64,000 bases of DNA from Chiloscyllium plagiosum. Taxonomy: Eukaryota. The notes beneath the pieces are model-generated. The model searched no databases. It was not told the origin of the DNA and saw only the letters and a program-made list of their open reading frames with translations. The position numbers and the translations under genes are program-made. The stretch is from the NCBI RefSeq assembly GCF_004010195.1, contig NC_057718.1:48920290-48984289 (forward strand). Direction: 5' to 3'. The stretch's first letter is position 1. Each line of letters opens with the position of its first letter. This document shows, in pieces, positions 51,830 through 64,000 of the stretch.

Positions 51830-53570
51830 TGTGTTCAAGTTGCCTTCTCTTTACCATGGAAGTGCAATCCCTTTACACACCCATTCCTGTCAGGGTGGTC
51901 TCAGGTCTGTTCGCTCAGTCCTGGAAAATCTCTTGAAATGTCCTCATCCACCACCATCCTCCTCTTCCTGGCTGAACTTGACCTCACTCTCTGAACAACT
52001 TCTCTTTTAATTGCGCTCACTTTCTTCAGGTCAAAGAGATGCCATGAGCACTCAGATGGGCCCCAGTTATACCTGTCTGTTTGTGGGGGATGTGCAACAT
52101 TCCTTGTTCCAGTCCTATTCTGGCTCCCACCCATAATTCTTTCTCTGCTATATTGATGATATCATCGGTGCTGCCTCCCTCTCTGGTTCAGTATTGGAAA
52201 CATTTGTTAATTTTGATTTCAATTTCCACCTTGCTCTAACCTTCACCTGGCCCATCTTTGACTTCCTCCTTCCTGTCCTCAATATCTCTGTTTTCATTTC
52301 AGAGGAAAGGCTGGCCACCAATATCCACTACAAACCCACTGACTCCCACTGTTATCTTGACTATACGTCCTTGCAACTACTTCCTGTAAAGATTCTAATC
52401 CATTCTCCCAGTTCCTCCATCTCCATCACATCTGTTCTGATGTTGCTAATTTTGACAAGGAGGCCTCTGAAATGTCCACCTTCTTCTTTAAGCGAGGATT
52501 TCCTAGCATCGTCGTTGACCAGACCCACAGCCAGATTAGTCCCATCTCTCGTACTTCAGTCCTCACCTCCTCTCTTCTGTCCCACAACAGTGATAGGGTT
52601 ACCCTTGTCCTCACCTACCATCCCATCAACAGCTACATCCAGAGGATCATTAGCTGCCATTTCTGCCATCTCCAGAGAAATGCCACCACCAAACACATAT
52701 TCCTCTCCCCACCATTGTCAGCCTTCCACAAGGACTGTTCCCTCTAGGACACCCTGGTCCATTCCTCCTTCAGTCCCAACACTCCCCCCAAAGCCTCAGA
52801 GTATCTTCCCCTGCAACCACAGAAGATGATAACACCTGCCCATCTAACTCCTCCCTCCTCAGTATCCAAGAACCCAAGCACACCTCCTGGGGTGAAGCAG
52901 CACTTTACCTGCACTTCACTCAATCTAGTCTACTGCATACACTGATTACAATGTGGTCTTCTCTATATTGGAGACTGGGTCACCGCTTCGCATAACAAAT
53001 ATGTTCTGTCCGCAAAAGAGATCCCTAGCTTCCAGGTGCCTGCCATTTTAACACATCACCATGGTCCCTGGCCAACATCTCTGTCTCAGGCTTGCTGCAG
53101 TGCTCCAGTGAAGCTCAGTGCAAGCTGGAGGAACAGCACCTCAGTTTCTGTTTGTGAACACGACAGCTTTCTGGATTCAATATCAAGTTCAACAATTTTG
53201 GGGGTTGAGGCACCTTCTCCAATATCCGTACCTCAACTCTCACACACAAAGGCTTGTTATCACAGGGTCTGCTCTTACACATAACCCATCGTTAGCCAGT
53301 AATAGTCCCCATTAGCATCTGTTCATTCTCCCAGACTGACCTTTATCCACTCTTTTGTCTGTCCAAGTGTGCTTTTGTTTCTTCGGGCTCTATCTCCACT
53401 ATTGTTCACTCCTTACCCTTTCCTGCCACCCGATCTTCTGCATAAAAACAACTATTTCCAAGCTACAATCAGTTCTAAAGAAGGGTCACTTGAACTGAAA
53501 CATTAATTCTGATTTCTCTCTACAGATGCTGCCAGGCCTGCTGAGCTTTTTCAGCAATTTCTTATGTTGA
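51830..53570 (+). mobile_element. Decayed Penelope-like element
   Basis: YIDD near 52149, TNIHYKPTDSHCYLDY, VLTYHP, GIY-YIG remnants and a terminal repeat (gaagggtcac..gaaac..cagatgctgcc). Confidence 0.88.
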
Positions 53571-54079
53571 GTCATTTGGAGAGCCAGTGCAGTTAAGATG
53601 GCCCAAACGGCTCCTTCTGTGCTGTAACAATTCTGGGATCTTGTACCAGTGTATTGCTTTGTGAACTTTCAGGATGGATATGTAAAGCTCTTTCGGAAAA
53701 CTCCTTGCCCCTTGCTCTTTCTCCGCTACATTTCCCAATTATACTCTTTTAAAGAGATTATACCTGTGCAGTAATGTTTAGGAATTAGTAATTTGACTTC
53801 TGGTGAGTAAAAGTTACTTCTGCACCTGCCAGAACATCCCCTGGAGACTACTGAATCTTCAGACTATAAGGGAAAGATTCAAAAAGGAAAAATTATACCA
53901 ATAAAACAGCCAACAACTAGCCTATATTTATGTTCCTTTTAAATGGCCTTGATGTGGGCAGTTAGGGACATGTTGGTAGGTGGATGCAGTGAGGGATGTT
54001 CTTCAGTCACTCAGTACTTTTTTAGCTGTATAATGAATAAAGTGTGCTGCCTTTATTCTGGATAGATGAATGACAATGA

Positions 54080-54745
54080 GAAGAGGACTGAAGGTGTTAT
54101 ATCAGAATGCATGCAGTATAAGGAATAAGGTAAATGAACTTGTGGCGCAGATTGTAATTGGCAAGTATGATGTGGTGGGCATCACAGAGACATGGCTGCC
54201 AGGGGATCAGGATTGGGAGCTGAATATTCAAGTACATACATCTTATTGAAAAGCTAAGCAGATGGGCAGAGGGGGTAAGGTTGCCTTATTAGTAGTAAAT
54301 GAAACTAAATCAATAGCAAGAAATGAAGTAGGATCAGATGTTGTAGAATCTCTGTGGGTAGAATTGAGGAACCACAAAGGTAAAAAAAATATAGTTAGAG
54401 TTATGCACAGGCCTTCAAACAGTAGTCAGGAGCTGGGGCGCAAGAGACTGGGACCAGAGGGCATAGCCTTAGATTAAAGTGAAGACCTTTTATAACAGAG
54501 GTAAGGAGAAACTTCTTCAGCCAGAGAGTGGTGAATCTATGGAATTCATTGCCAATGAAGGCTATGGAGGCCAGGTCACTGAGTATATTTAAGACTGAGA
54601 TAGGTAGGTTCTTGAGTATCAAGAGAATCAAGGGTTTTGGGGAGAAAGCAGGAGAATTGGGTTGAGGAGTTTATCAACCATGATTGAATGGCGAAGCAGA
54701 CCCGATGGGCTGAATGGCCTAATTTCTGCTCCTATGTCTTGTAGC
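54080..54745 (+). mobile_element. CR1 with APE endonuclease start fused to 3' end (large internal deletion near 54445)
   Basis: NACSIRNK..YDVVGITETWL, GGKVALLV and ESLWVEL motifs, then directly aaacttcttcagccagagagtggtgaatctatgg (3' end). Confidence 0.8.
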
Positions 54746-57429
54746 CTAATGGCCTTGAACTCCAAAATCTACAGCAATGGCATCAATCAGCACTGCCAGC
54801 CAGTTGATTTTATGTTCTGATTGTTCGACAATGATGCTAAATGGTGAAGCAGGCATGAAGGGTTGAATGGCCTATTCCTTTTCATAATTTCTGTTTTCCT
54901 ACATATTTCTCGCTAACTTTAACACCTTTAGCAACATGGTGTCTGATGTACTTCACATCAAAGGTATGTGCTTGCACACTGCAGATATCATGTTGGAACT
55001 GTAGACATTTGTAGCTACTCAAGTTTCTGAGCCTCGTATCTGCTCATCAATTCACCTTTCAATGTCTTTCCATTTGGGTGTATACTCCTATCCAAGTTTT
55101 ATCCCCAAATGTATTAGCTCACAATTAACCACATTTAAATATGAATACTATCTGTATGTCTCCTCTGTTCAGTGGTCTATGGACAATGAAGTCCTCATGT
55201 GGTTATCAGACCTCTCAACAATTGGTGTTCAATGAGAATTTCACAAAAGTATATTCTAATATTTGTGAAAAAAATTGGAAATGCACTACATTTCAGGTGT
55301 TAGGAAAATTGGTTGGGTTTTTATAGGACCCCAAGCCAGTGAGCAATATTATTTATTGCCCCTGAATGTGTTATAAAATCACATTATGATAAATTGGTTA
55401 AATCAACATAGCCAACACTAGCTTGTGAGTATTGCAGTCAAATTATTAGACAATAGACTTGCGTGCTCAAAGTCAAGGGCACATAGTGCTATGTTGTGTG
55501 ACTGTGGCAAACTAACATCATCTACTGCCAGGATAATTTGTTAAAAACATTGTTTAGCTTGGTTTAGATTATGATGTCCACAATTAATTTGGTTAAAAGA
55601 TAAACAATCACAAAAAAGTGATCATTTTATATAATTAAAACTTCATGGTATATTTGTTCTTTGCAGTCAGATGTTTCCTGAGGATTACATTTACAGAAAT
55701 AACTACCTCAATCCTCCATAGATTAAACATTTCATTTATTTCCTCCTTCAATTTTCTTACCTCTTTCTGTTTTAGTTAAAGACCATGTGCTAGAGAAGTG
55801 GCTGAAATCTAATAGATATATGACAGAGATATTAATTGTTTTGCTTTGGCATTTACCAGAGAGTTAGAGCAGATAGACATGTTATTGAATAATGAGGTGA
55901 GTAATGTGATATGTGAATTTAAAATAAAGGAATGTATTGAACAAACTAAACAAATTAAAAGAGCATAAGATCCTATTTCAGAAGGATTGCATCCACTTTA
56001 ATTTAAATAATTTAGAAAAGAACTAACAGGGACATTACTATTCCTTTAAAAGAATTCACCAAAGGATGCAGTGCCAGAGAAATGGCTGGAAGTTAATATG
56101 TTTTATAAATTTAAGAATGGGACAGAAATTAGGATCATATCATGGCTACAATACAGAAAGAGGCCAATCATCCCATCATGTTTGTGCCGGTCCTCTGAAG
56201 GGCCTATTCACCTCGTGCTCCTTCCCTTCCTATTCAAAGTAGGCCTTCACAATTTTCTTCTGCGGATAATGATTTAATTCCCTTTTTGAAACACTTCAGT
56301 TGAAACTGCTTCCACCACAATCTCAGACAGTGCATTCTAAACCCTAAACGCTCGCTGCTTGAAATGATTTTCCTTACGTCGTCAAGACTTAATTTACCGA
56401 TTCCATTAAATCTGTGCCCTCTAGCTGTTCTATCTTTCTTCTTCAGAATGTCTTACAGCCATTCAGTGACCTTCCTGACTCTGTCACCATGGAGGCACCA
56501 TACCATCCTAATGGTTGCAGGAATGTATATCTGTTCCTTTTACGATAGAATCTTTTTTCTTCTATTCCTTTTTTCTCCCCTCTTGTGCAACTTAGTCACT
56601 TCTAGTGCCACAGACTTGGCTTCTGACACATTCTGCTGAGAAACCATCTCCTCTAGCAGTCTCAAAAGTGGAAAATCTGTTAGAGAGAAAGAGAGAGAAA
56701 GAGACAGACCCTGCATACTTGCCTGATCTTACTTACCAAGGCCACCACTTGTCTTGCATTGGGTCCTGATCCCACTTGATGAGTTTTCTTTCCCCATGAG
56801 GTCACTCTTGGATATTTTCAAAATTCACCCCTCTTGTAATTTCATAAACCAATGGTGAATGAGATTTTAACCCAAACATGAACAGGAAATTGTAGACCAG
56901 TCAGCTTAGTAGCAGTGAAAAGAAAATTAATGGACTCTTTACAAAAAAAGAGAGACTACAACAGCTGGAAATAAGAAATATAGCAGTACTGTAGATATTG
57001 TTGTGAAGATATGTTATCTAAAATATTACTTTATAATATCATTGTCTGGATATATTGGTTCATAAATTTATAATGTTATCAGCTAGAAATGTATGTATCT
57101 TGAGCTTTTTGAAGAGAATACTTTTCAAAGAAAAAGACGCTGGCTACTGCAGCAAAAATGCTGCATTTGTGATGAATACTCACTGCTTGAATGATGCCAC
57201 TGAAACTGTAATGTTTTCAGACAGAGATGGAGGGTTGTTTTTTAGACTGGAGGCCTATGACCAGTGGTGTTTCATAGGGATCGGTGCTGGGTTCACTGTT
57301 GTTTGTCAATTATATAAATGATTTGGATAAGAATTTAAGAGGCATGGTTGGTAAGTTTGCAGATAACACCAGACTTAGTGGTATAGTGGTATAGTTAACC
57401 AAGTAGGTTATCTAAGAATTGCTTGTGTA

Positions 57430-59460
57430 TCATAGAGTCATACAGCACAGAAACAGACTCTTCAGTCCAACTCGTTCATACAGAGCATGTTTCCCAAACT
57501 AAGCTCGTTCCACTTGCCTGCATTTGGCCCATATTCTGTAAACCTTTCCAATTCATGTAGTTGTTCAAATTTCTTTTAAATGTTGTTACTGTACTGGCAT
57601 CTACCACTTCCTCTGATAGTTTATTCCACATATGTACCATTTTTTGTGCAAAAAAGTTGCCCCTTAGGTCCCTTTTAAGACTTTCTCCTCTCACCTTAAA
57701 ATTTTGCCCTCTACTTTTGAACTCCCTACCCTAGGAAAAAGACCTTTGCAATTCACTTTATCTATGCCCCTTATGATTTTATAAATGTTTTTAAGGTCAC
57801 CCTTCAACCTCCTATGCTCCAATGAAAGAACTCCCAGCCTATCCAGCCTCTCCTTATAATTCAAATCTTCCAATCCCAGTAACATCATTGTAAATCTTTT
57901 CTATACCCTCTCCAATTTAATAATATCCTTCCTATTGCTGATGACCAAAACTGTACATGTTACTCCAAAAGTGGCCTCACCAACATCCTTACAACTGCAA
58001 CATAATGTCCCAACTCCTACACTCAATGGTCTGAGCAGTGAAGGCAAGTGGGCCAAATGCCCTCTTTACCACCCTGTCACCCTATAATGCAACTTTAAAA
58101 GAACTTTGTAACCGAACCTTTAGGTCTCTGTGGTTGACAACACTCCCCACGGCCCTACTATTAATTATGTAAGTGCAGCCCTTTTACATCACATCAAAAT
58201 GCAACACCTTGCATTTATCCAAATTAAACTCCATCTGCCACTCCTCAGCCCTTGGCCCAATTAATCAAGATCCCTTTGCAATCTTAGATAACCTACTGAT
58301 TATCTATAACACTATACTAGTAATTTTGGTGTTATCTGCAAACTTATCAACAAGCCAATTTTGTAATCAATTGACAAGCTCTCCCTGAATCTCATGTGAT
58401 CTAACCTTACTAACTAGTGCATTACGCGGAACCTTGACAAAGGCCTTACTAAAGCCCATACAGACAACGTTTACTGCACTGACCTAATCTATCTTCTTGG
58501 TCACATCCTCAGAAAACTCAATCAAATGTGTGATTTCCCACTCACAAAGCCATGCTGGCTACCCATAATCAGTCCTTGCCACTTCAAATGCATGTAAACC
58601 CTGTCTCTCAGAATCTTCTCCAATAACTTACTCACCACTGCTGTCAGATTTATCAGTCTAAAGTTCCCAGGCTTGACTTTGCAGCCTTTCTTAAAAAACA
58701 TTAGCCACTTTCCAGTCTTTTAGAACTTCAACCGTGGCCCCTCAATTTCTTCCCACAAGTAGCTTCTCACAATGTCCTGGGATAGACTTGATCTGGTCCT
58801 GGAGATTTATGTTTTTTTAAGTCCTCCAAACCTCTTCTTCTGTAATGTAGACTGTTTTCAAGATGTCAATATTCATTTCACTGATTTCCCTAGCCTCCAT
58901 GTCTTTCTCCACTGTGAATAATAAAGCAAAATATTTGTTTACTATCATTCCTATCTCCTGTGATTCCACAAATTGATGATCAGGTTGATCTTTAAGGGGC
59001 CCTAGTCTCTTCCTAGTAGCCCTTTTGTTCTTAATGTACTTGTAGAATCTTGTTGGATTATCCTTAACCTTGCCCACCAAAGCTATCCCATATCCCGTTT
59101 TTGCCCTCCTGATTTCCCTCTTAACAATGTCCCTACACCCCTTTTAGTCTTCAAGAGATTCATTTGAATCCATTAATCTATACCTGACCTATGTCTCCTT
59201 CTTATTCTTGATCAAAGTCCCAATTTCTAATCATCCACTGTTCCTACCAGCCTTACCTTACACTTTAACATGAAATATGCTGCCTCTAAACTCTCATTAT
59301 CTTACATTTGAAAGCCTCCCAGTGATCATGCCAGTCATCCCTTTACCTGCGAAGAGTTTACCTCAATCAACTTTGTGAAGCACCTGTCTTGTACCATCAA
59401 ATTGGCCTTAATCCAATTTGGAACTTTAATTTTAATATAAGGCCTATCCTTTCCGATTTG
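57430..59460 (-). mobile_element. CR1 LINE, about 2 kb, decayed
   Basis: KDNPTRFYKYIKNKR, YKERLDRLGVLSLEHRRLKGDL and RGNFFAQ. The tail reads catagagtcat on plus at 57430. Confidence 0.9.
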
Positions 59461-60079
59461 TTAAAAATCAATTGTGAACATACTCAAGCAGAAACTCTCT
59501 AAGAGAAACAAACTTCTATTCTCTCTCCCTTTCTCAGAAACCCCTTTTTATTAAAATCTGTGAGTTTAAAACCTACTGGAACACATTGTTTCTACAAATG
59601 GAGAGAGAAATCTGAATCTAAACCACTGTCTATAGAAAAACAAAATTTAACCAGCCATAACTGACAAGAGAGAAATCCCAGCATCAATAACTTGCATGAA
59701 AAGTGGCTTTGGTTCCAGATCAGCATTTAAATGATCAATTATTTATCTTTTCACTTTGCTTGGACAAAGTTCTTCTGAGATAATACTCTGCAGAATTGTG
59801 CATTCCTTTCAGGCCTGGAAGGGGTTGGTGGTAAATATTATTTTCGGGAAAGGTAATTTGATGTTTGTACACTTTAAGCATGTTGTCAATATTTCTTGCA
59901 ATTGTTTTGTGGAGTTTTTTGCAATATCTGCCAGTGGAAGGAATCTGACAGGTTGGTTTCTGAGACTGAGTCATATACAATCTAGTACATATGATTGACA
60001 ATATCACCTCTCTTTTAAGTTCAAGATTTGTTGCAGTCAGTGGAGATTTCGCTTCAAGGAAAATAATCCTTCCTAATTC

Positions 60080-61040
60080 GGTTGTAGAAACAATTGACAT
60101 GGATTCCAAAAAGAGAAACCTTGCTTTACTAACCTTATTGATTTTTGTCTTGCAACAATAACACTGAGGATGGACAATAGAATGCAGTAGCTTTAATTTG
60201 GATTTTTGAAACGTCTTTGATAAGATGCCCCATAACATATTAATAGCTATGATTAGAGAATTTGGAGTCAGGGAACAAGTAGCAAAATGGATTTCTAGTT
60301 GGTTTGAAGGTAGAAAGCAAAAAACAAGTAAAGAGTAGTTATTCAGAGTGACAGAAGGTGAAAGGTGGTGTTCCATAAGGATTAGTGTCAGGACCACTGC
60401 TTTTCAGAATTTATATGAACAATTCAGACTTTGTAAACACAAATACAGTTTCTAAAATTTGTAGATAAGTCCAAATTGACAGTAAATAGTCAAGACTGAG
60501 GATGATCATAACAAATTATAGGAGGTCCCTGCTATAGGAAGGATGTTCTGAAACATGAAGTGTTTCAGAAAAGATTTACAAAGATGTTGCCAGGGTTGGA
60601 GGGTTTGAGCTTCATAGAGAGAGGCTGAACATGCTGGGCCTGTTTTCCCTGGAGCTTTGGAGGCTGAGAGGGTGACCTTATAAATTCAAGAAGGCGGTGA
60701 TTAGGGTAAAGAGTCAAGGTTGTTTCCCCAGGGTGGGGGAGTCCAGAACTAGAGGGCATAGGTTTAAAATGAGAGGGGGAAGATTTAAAAGGGACCTAAG
60801 GGGCATTTCTTTTCACTCAGAGGGTGGTGTGTGCATGAAATGAGCTGCTAGTGGAGGTGGTGGAAGTTGATATAATTATAACATTTAAAGAACATTTGGA
60901 TGGGTATATGAATAGGAAATGTTTAGAGGAATATGAACCAAGTGCTGGCAAATGGGACTAGATGAATGGAGAATATCTAGTTGGCATAGATGAGTTGGAC
61001 TGAAGGGTCTATTTCCATACTCTACATTTCTGTGACTCAA
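60080..61040 (+). mobile_element. CR1 fragments (RT middle and 3' end)
   Basis: gtctttgataagatgccccat, ggtgttccataagga, aagatttacaaagatgttgccagg and tttctgtgactc tail. Confidence 0.85.
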
Positions 61041-61399
61041 TGACATTAATAAGTTTACAGAATGGATTAAATAATTGGCCAATCAGGGTCAATGTAAGGA
61101 AATGTAACAATTTTTGGTTGGCTGTCCCTCAATTCAAAGTTCCTCGATTCCTCTACTGTGTGATGTGAGTTTCTGCTATGGGCCTTGATGAGACTGAACA
61201 GGCTGATTCTCAACACACAGATCAGCGAGATATTCAAGAGAGAGTGGGATCTAGCTGCAAGAGTTTCTTCCTTTATGTTCCTTTTGTGTTGCCACTTTGC
61301 CTCATTATTAAGATGATTTGACTCAAAGTATGATGCATTTTAATGTATAAGGGGATTCAATTTTGAAAGGTTGTAAGCAAGGGATTCCAATCAATAAAG

Positions 61400-62430
61400 T
61401 TAATGCTGCTGTTCTTCAAACAGAGTGTCTTGGAAGCATTTTCTTTGTCCTCCCCTGAACATTGGCCATAAAAGAATCGAGAAATAAGGATTTGGCAGGG
61501 ACAGTGCTCTTTGAAATCTAAGCAGAGGATTTGATGTGCCTGTCCTGAAAATCTGTGAATTTGGCTTCAAGTAAGTTACTAGCACAGGTTCAATGGTCCT
61601 CCCACTGAATTGGTGCGGTGGGGGTATCACTGATGGAATTTCTCTTGTGCCCTGAGGTGTTGCTGATACTCAGTTCAGGTTTCTGTGCAGTACAGATGTG
61701 TGATGTTGACAACTGCTTTGAACATGACAATTTTTATTGTCTTACAGAGGTCTTTGTTTTCAAACACAAATAGAAATTGCCAGAAATGTCAGCAGGTGTG
61801 CTAGCATCTGTGGAGAGAAAACAGAGTTAACGTTTCGGGTCCAGTGACCCTTCCTCAGAATAATTCTATGGTTTCATGTATGTTTATGATGGTCAGTTTA
61901 GATTTGGCATGGAGCCAAATAAGGTTAATGTGACTTCCACCTGGATAGTGTTTAATAGTGCCACCAGAGAGCAGTTGATGTTTGATGAGGTGAATAGCCA
62001 ACATGATTTTGAAGATTTTGAAGCAGTCTATTTCAAATCTGCCACTCAAGACAGTTGCAGTCATATCATCTGGAATCATCTGGATAGAGATTTCATGGAT
62101 ATCCTAATTTTTGTAGAACTTTCCACAGAGTTTTGTGATCTACCTGACCAATGTATTTAACTCAATAAGCGATTGTCAGGAATTATTCATGTTGCTATTC
62201 TTTACATTTTTCTCTCCATTTGTTTAGCAATAAAGATGATGTTGGAGGTTCCCCTGGTGAGCATGAATTCACACTCTGAGTGGTGTTTCCCCATTATTTT
62301 GTTTAAGTACAGGGACAATCTCATTAGGTGGAGACCAACGTCACTACGAAAACCCATTCATCTGTCTGCCAATGCACTCATTAGGAAGTCACAGGGGAGG
62401 GTGGCAGGTTTCTCAATGAATCACTAGTCT
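61400..62430 (-). mobile_element. Decayed RTE-clade LINE
   Basis: DDMTATVLSG, LIKHQLLSG, VFENKDL..FKAVV..LY and GGQRKCFQDTL motifs. Confidence 0.75.
61770..61862 (-). mobile_element. Short Penelope terminal fragment with intact hammerhead core, inside the RTE
   Basis: Minus strand ttCTGAGGAa-GGGTC-actg-GACCC-GAAA-cgttaac. Confidence 0.75.
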
Positions 62431-63609
62431 CTACATTGGAGTTCCAAGTTACCAGAAGCTGTCAGCCATTCTGGATTCTGAAATCCAGTTCCAGACCTGC
62501 TCCTCAGGAGATCCAGTGGCAAGAAGGGAAGTACAGTCACCCTAGGAGTCAAAATAAATTGTTGGGATGGCTTTTGGAGGCCATGGGTTGGGATGGGTGG
62601 GTAGCAAGTTAAGGAGGTTACCTCTGGGCTATCTCAGCCATAAGATACTTATTGCAGTGTTTAGTTTCCCCCAAGGATCAACCCACCCAATTATTTTCCC
62701 TTCGCATCCACTGGAAGGTGGAAAGCCACCCTCACAATCTCTGGGAAGAATGCTCAGCCATGGAATGGAGGTGATTCACGGGAGAGAATGTGTATCAAAA
62801 TATTCCTAGTGATGGACAAGTGGGAATGCCTCAATAGATTGATTCATATCTCTCTTTAAGGATAGTTCCAATTATCCATTCCTGAAGTTCTTTGTTCCTA
62901 AATCTACAGGACAAGTTCATGAAGTCTTGATGTGAGCAAGCTGAAGTACCATCAGACCATAGGCTTTGATGTATTTGCTGCTTCACGACTCTCCCATCCA
63001 TGCTAGTTCATCCCTGGATTCTACCACAGGATACTGGCAATCCCCTGGAGAGTATTAGCTGCAACTATGTACCTACATTTGAGAAATTGTTGAGATTTTT
63101 TTATCCCAGCATCGAAGGTTGACATTTTGTCATCTTTACGAAGACAAGCTCCATTCTTTTGAGCAAAGGAGATTTTGTCCTTTTGACCTTGCTCTATAGA
63201 TGGCGCTGGTGTCTTCCAAAATGCATCACATATCACGATGGGTTAGCATAATATCAGGTTTCTGAGGTTTTCTCTTCCCACCACATATCCTTTATCTTCT
63301 GCATTTGTATTTCACTATCAGACTTGAACTATTGGAACTCTGTCTTGCTGATTTGTGACCCTTGATTATTCTGCAATATTCATTTTAGATCCAGGAGGTC
63401 ACATGCTAAACCATGGTTTTTATTGAAGTTAGTCTTTGTGGGAACAATGCTTGAAGCCCAAGGTCTGGACACAGAAGTGAAGTACAGATGACTTAATTTG
63501 ATCTGACTGTTCTGGAATTGAATGGGATGTGTGAAAATTTTCCTGATTAGTTGCAAGATATGCTTGGAACTCCTCTCTGTAGTCAGACTGATACAGGGCT
63601 AAGTTGAAT

Positions 63610-64000
63610 GGCAAGCAAGTGGGTGAGGGGATAGGATGATGGGTCAGTGGTTGATGAGGTGTGGTAGAAAGTGGATGAGGAATCAAGTGGCTGTTTGGTA
63701 AGAGATAAGTTCTAGGCAGGTGGATGAGGGGATAGGGTAGCAAGTAAGTTCCTGAGGCCGTTGTCTGTAAAATGGGTAAGGGGACAATATTCCAGTTGGG
63801 TGGATGCAGGTCCAAGGTGTCAGGTGGGTGGGTGAGAGGATTATGTGGCAGATAAGTGAGTGGGGGGAAGTAGGATAAGGTGTGAGATTGATAGTTGAGG
63901 TACTGAGACAGATGGATAAGGTGGTCACTGCTGGGTGTGGGGCTAGGTTAAGATGGCAGGTGGGTGGCGATGGGTACAGTGCCAGGTGGGTCACGGCAAG
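63610..64000. repeat. G/T-rich low-complexity tract
   Basis: Recurrent GGGTG/GGATG motifs. The minus-strand Pro/His-rich ORFs look compositional. Confidence 0.55.

Noticed and set aside
59735..60397. 220-aa minus-strand ORF
   Set aside because: Largely antisense to decayed CR1 and other repeat sequence, with no recognisable domain.

Overview
This is eukaryotic, AT-rich, repeat-dominated DNA, almost certainly from a shark or other elasmobranch (inferred from HE1-type V-SINEs, a DeuSINE-like copy and shark-type CR1 LINEs). There are no prokaryotic features, and nearly all ORFs in the track are decayed transposon fragments or chance ORFs. The window holds many CR1, RTE and Rex1/Babar LINE fragments, five HE1 SINEs, four large Penelope-like elements (three with inverted terminal arms), a decayed Gmr1-type Gypsy element (PR-INT-RT-RH order), a related solo LTR, MITEs, Harbinger Myb/SANT relics, an 18-bp minisatellite and two N gaps. 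The most notable signals are: (1) a chain of largely phase-compatible minus-strand exon candidates from about 24.35 kb to 3.5 kb encoding a protein I cannot identify, with several in-frame stops (possible unprocessed pseudogene or unannotated gene); (2) minimal hammerhead-ribozyme cores in the termini of three Penelope families, including tiny inserts flanked by target-site duplications (TSDs); (3) template-switching scars and local inverted duplications. Family names come from recognised motifs, not database searches.
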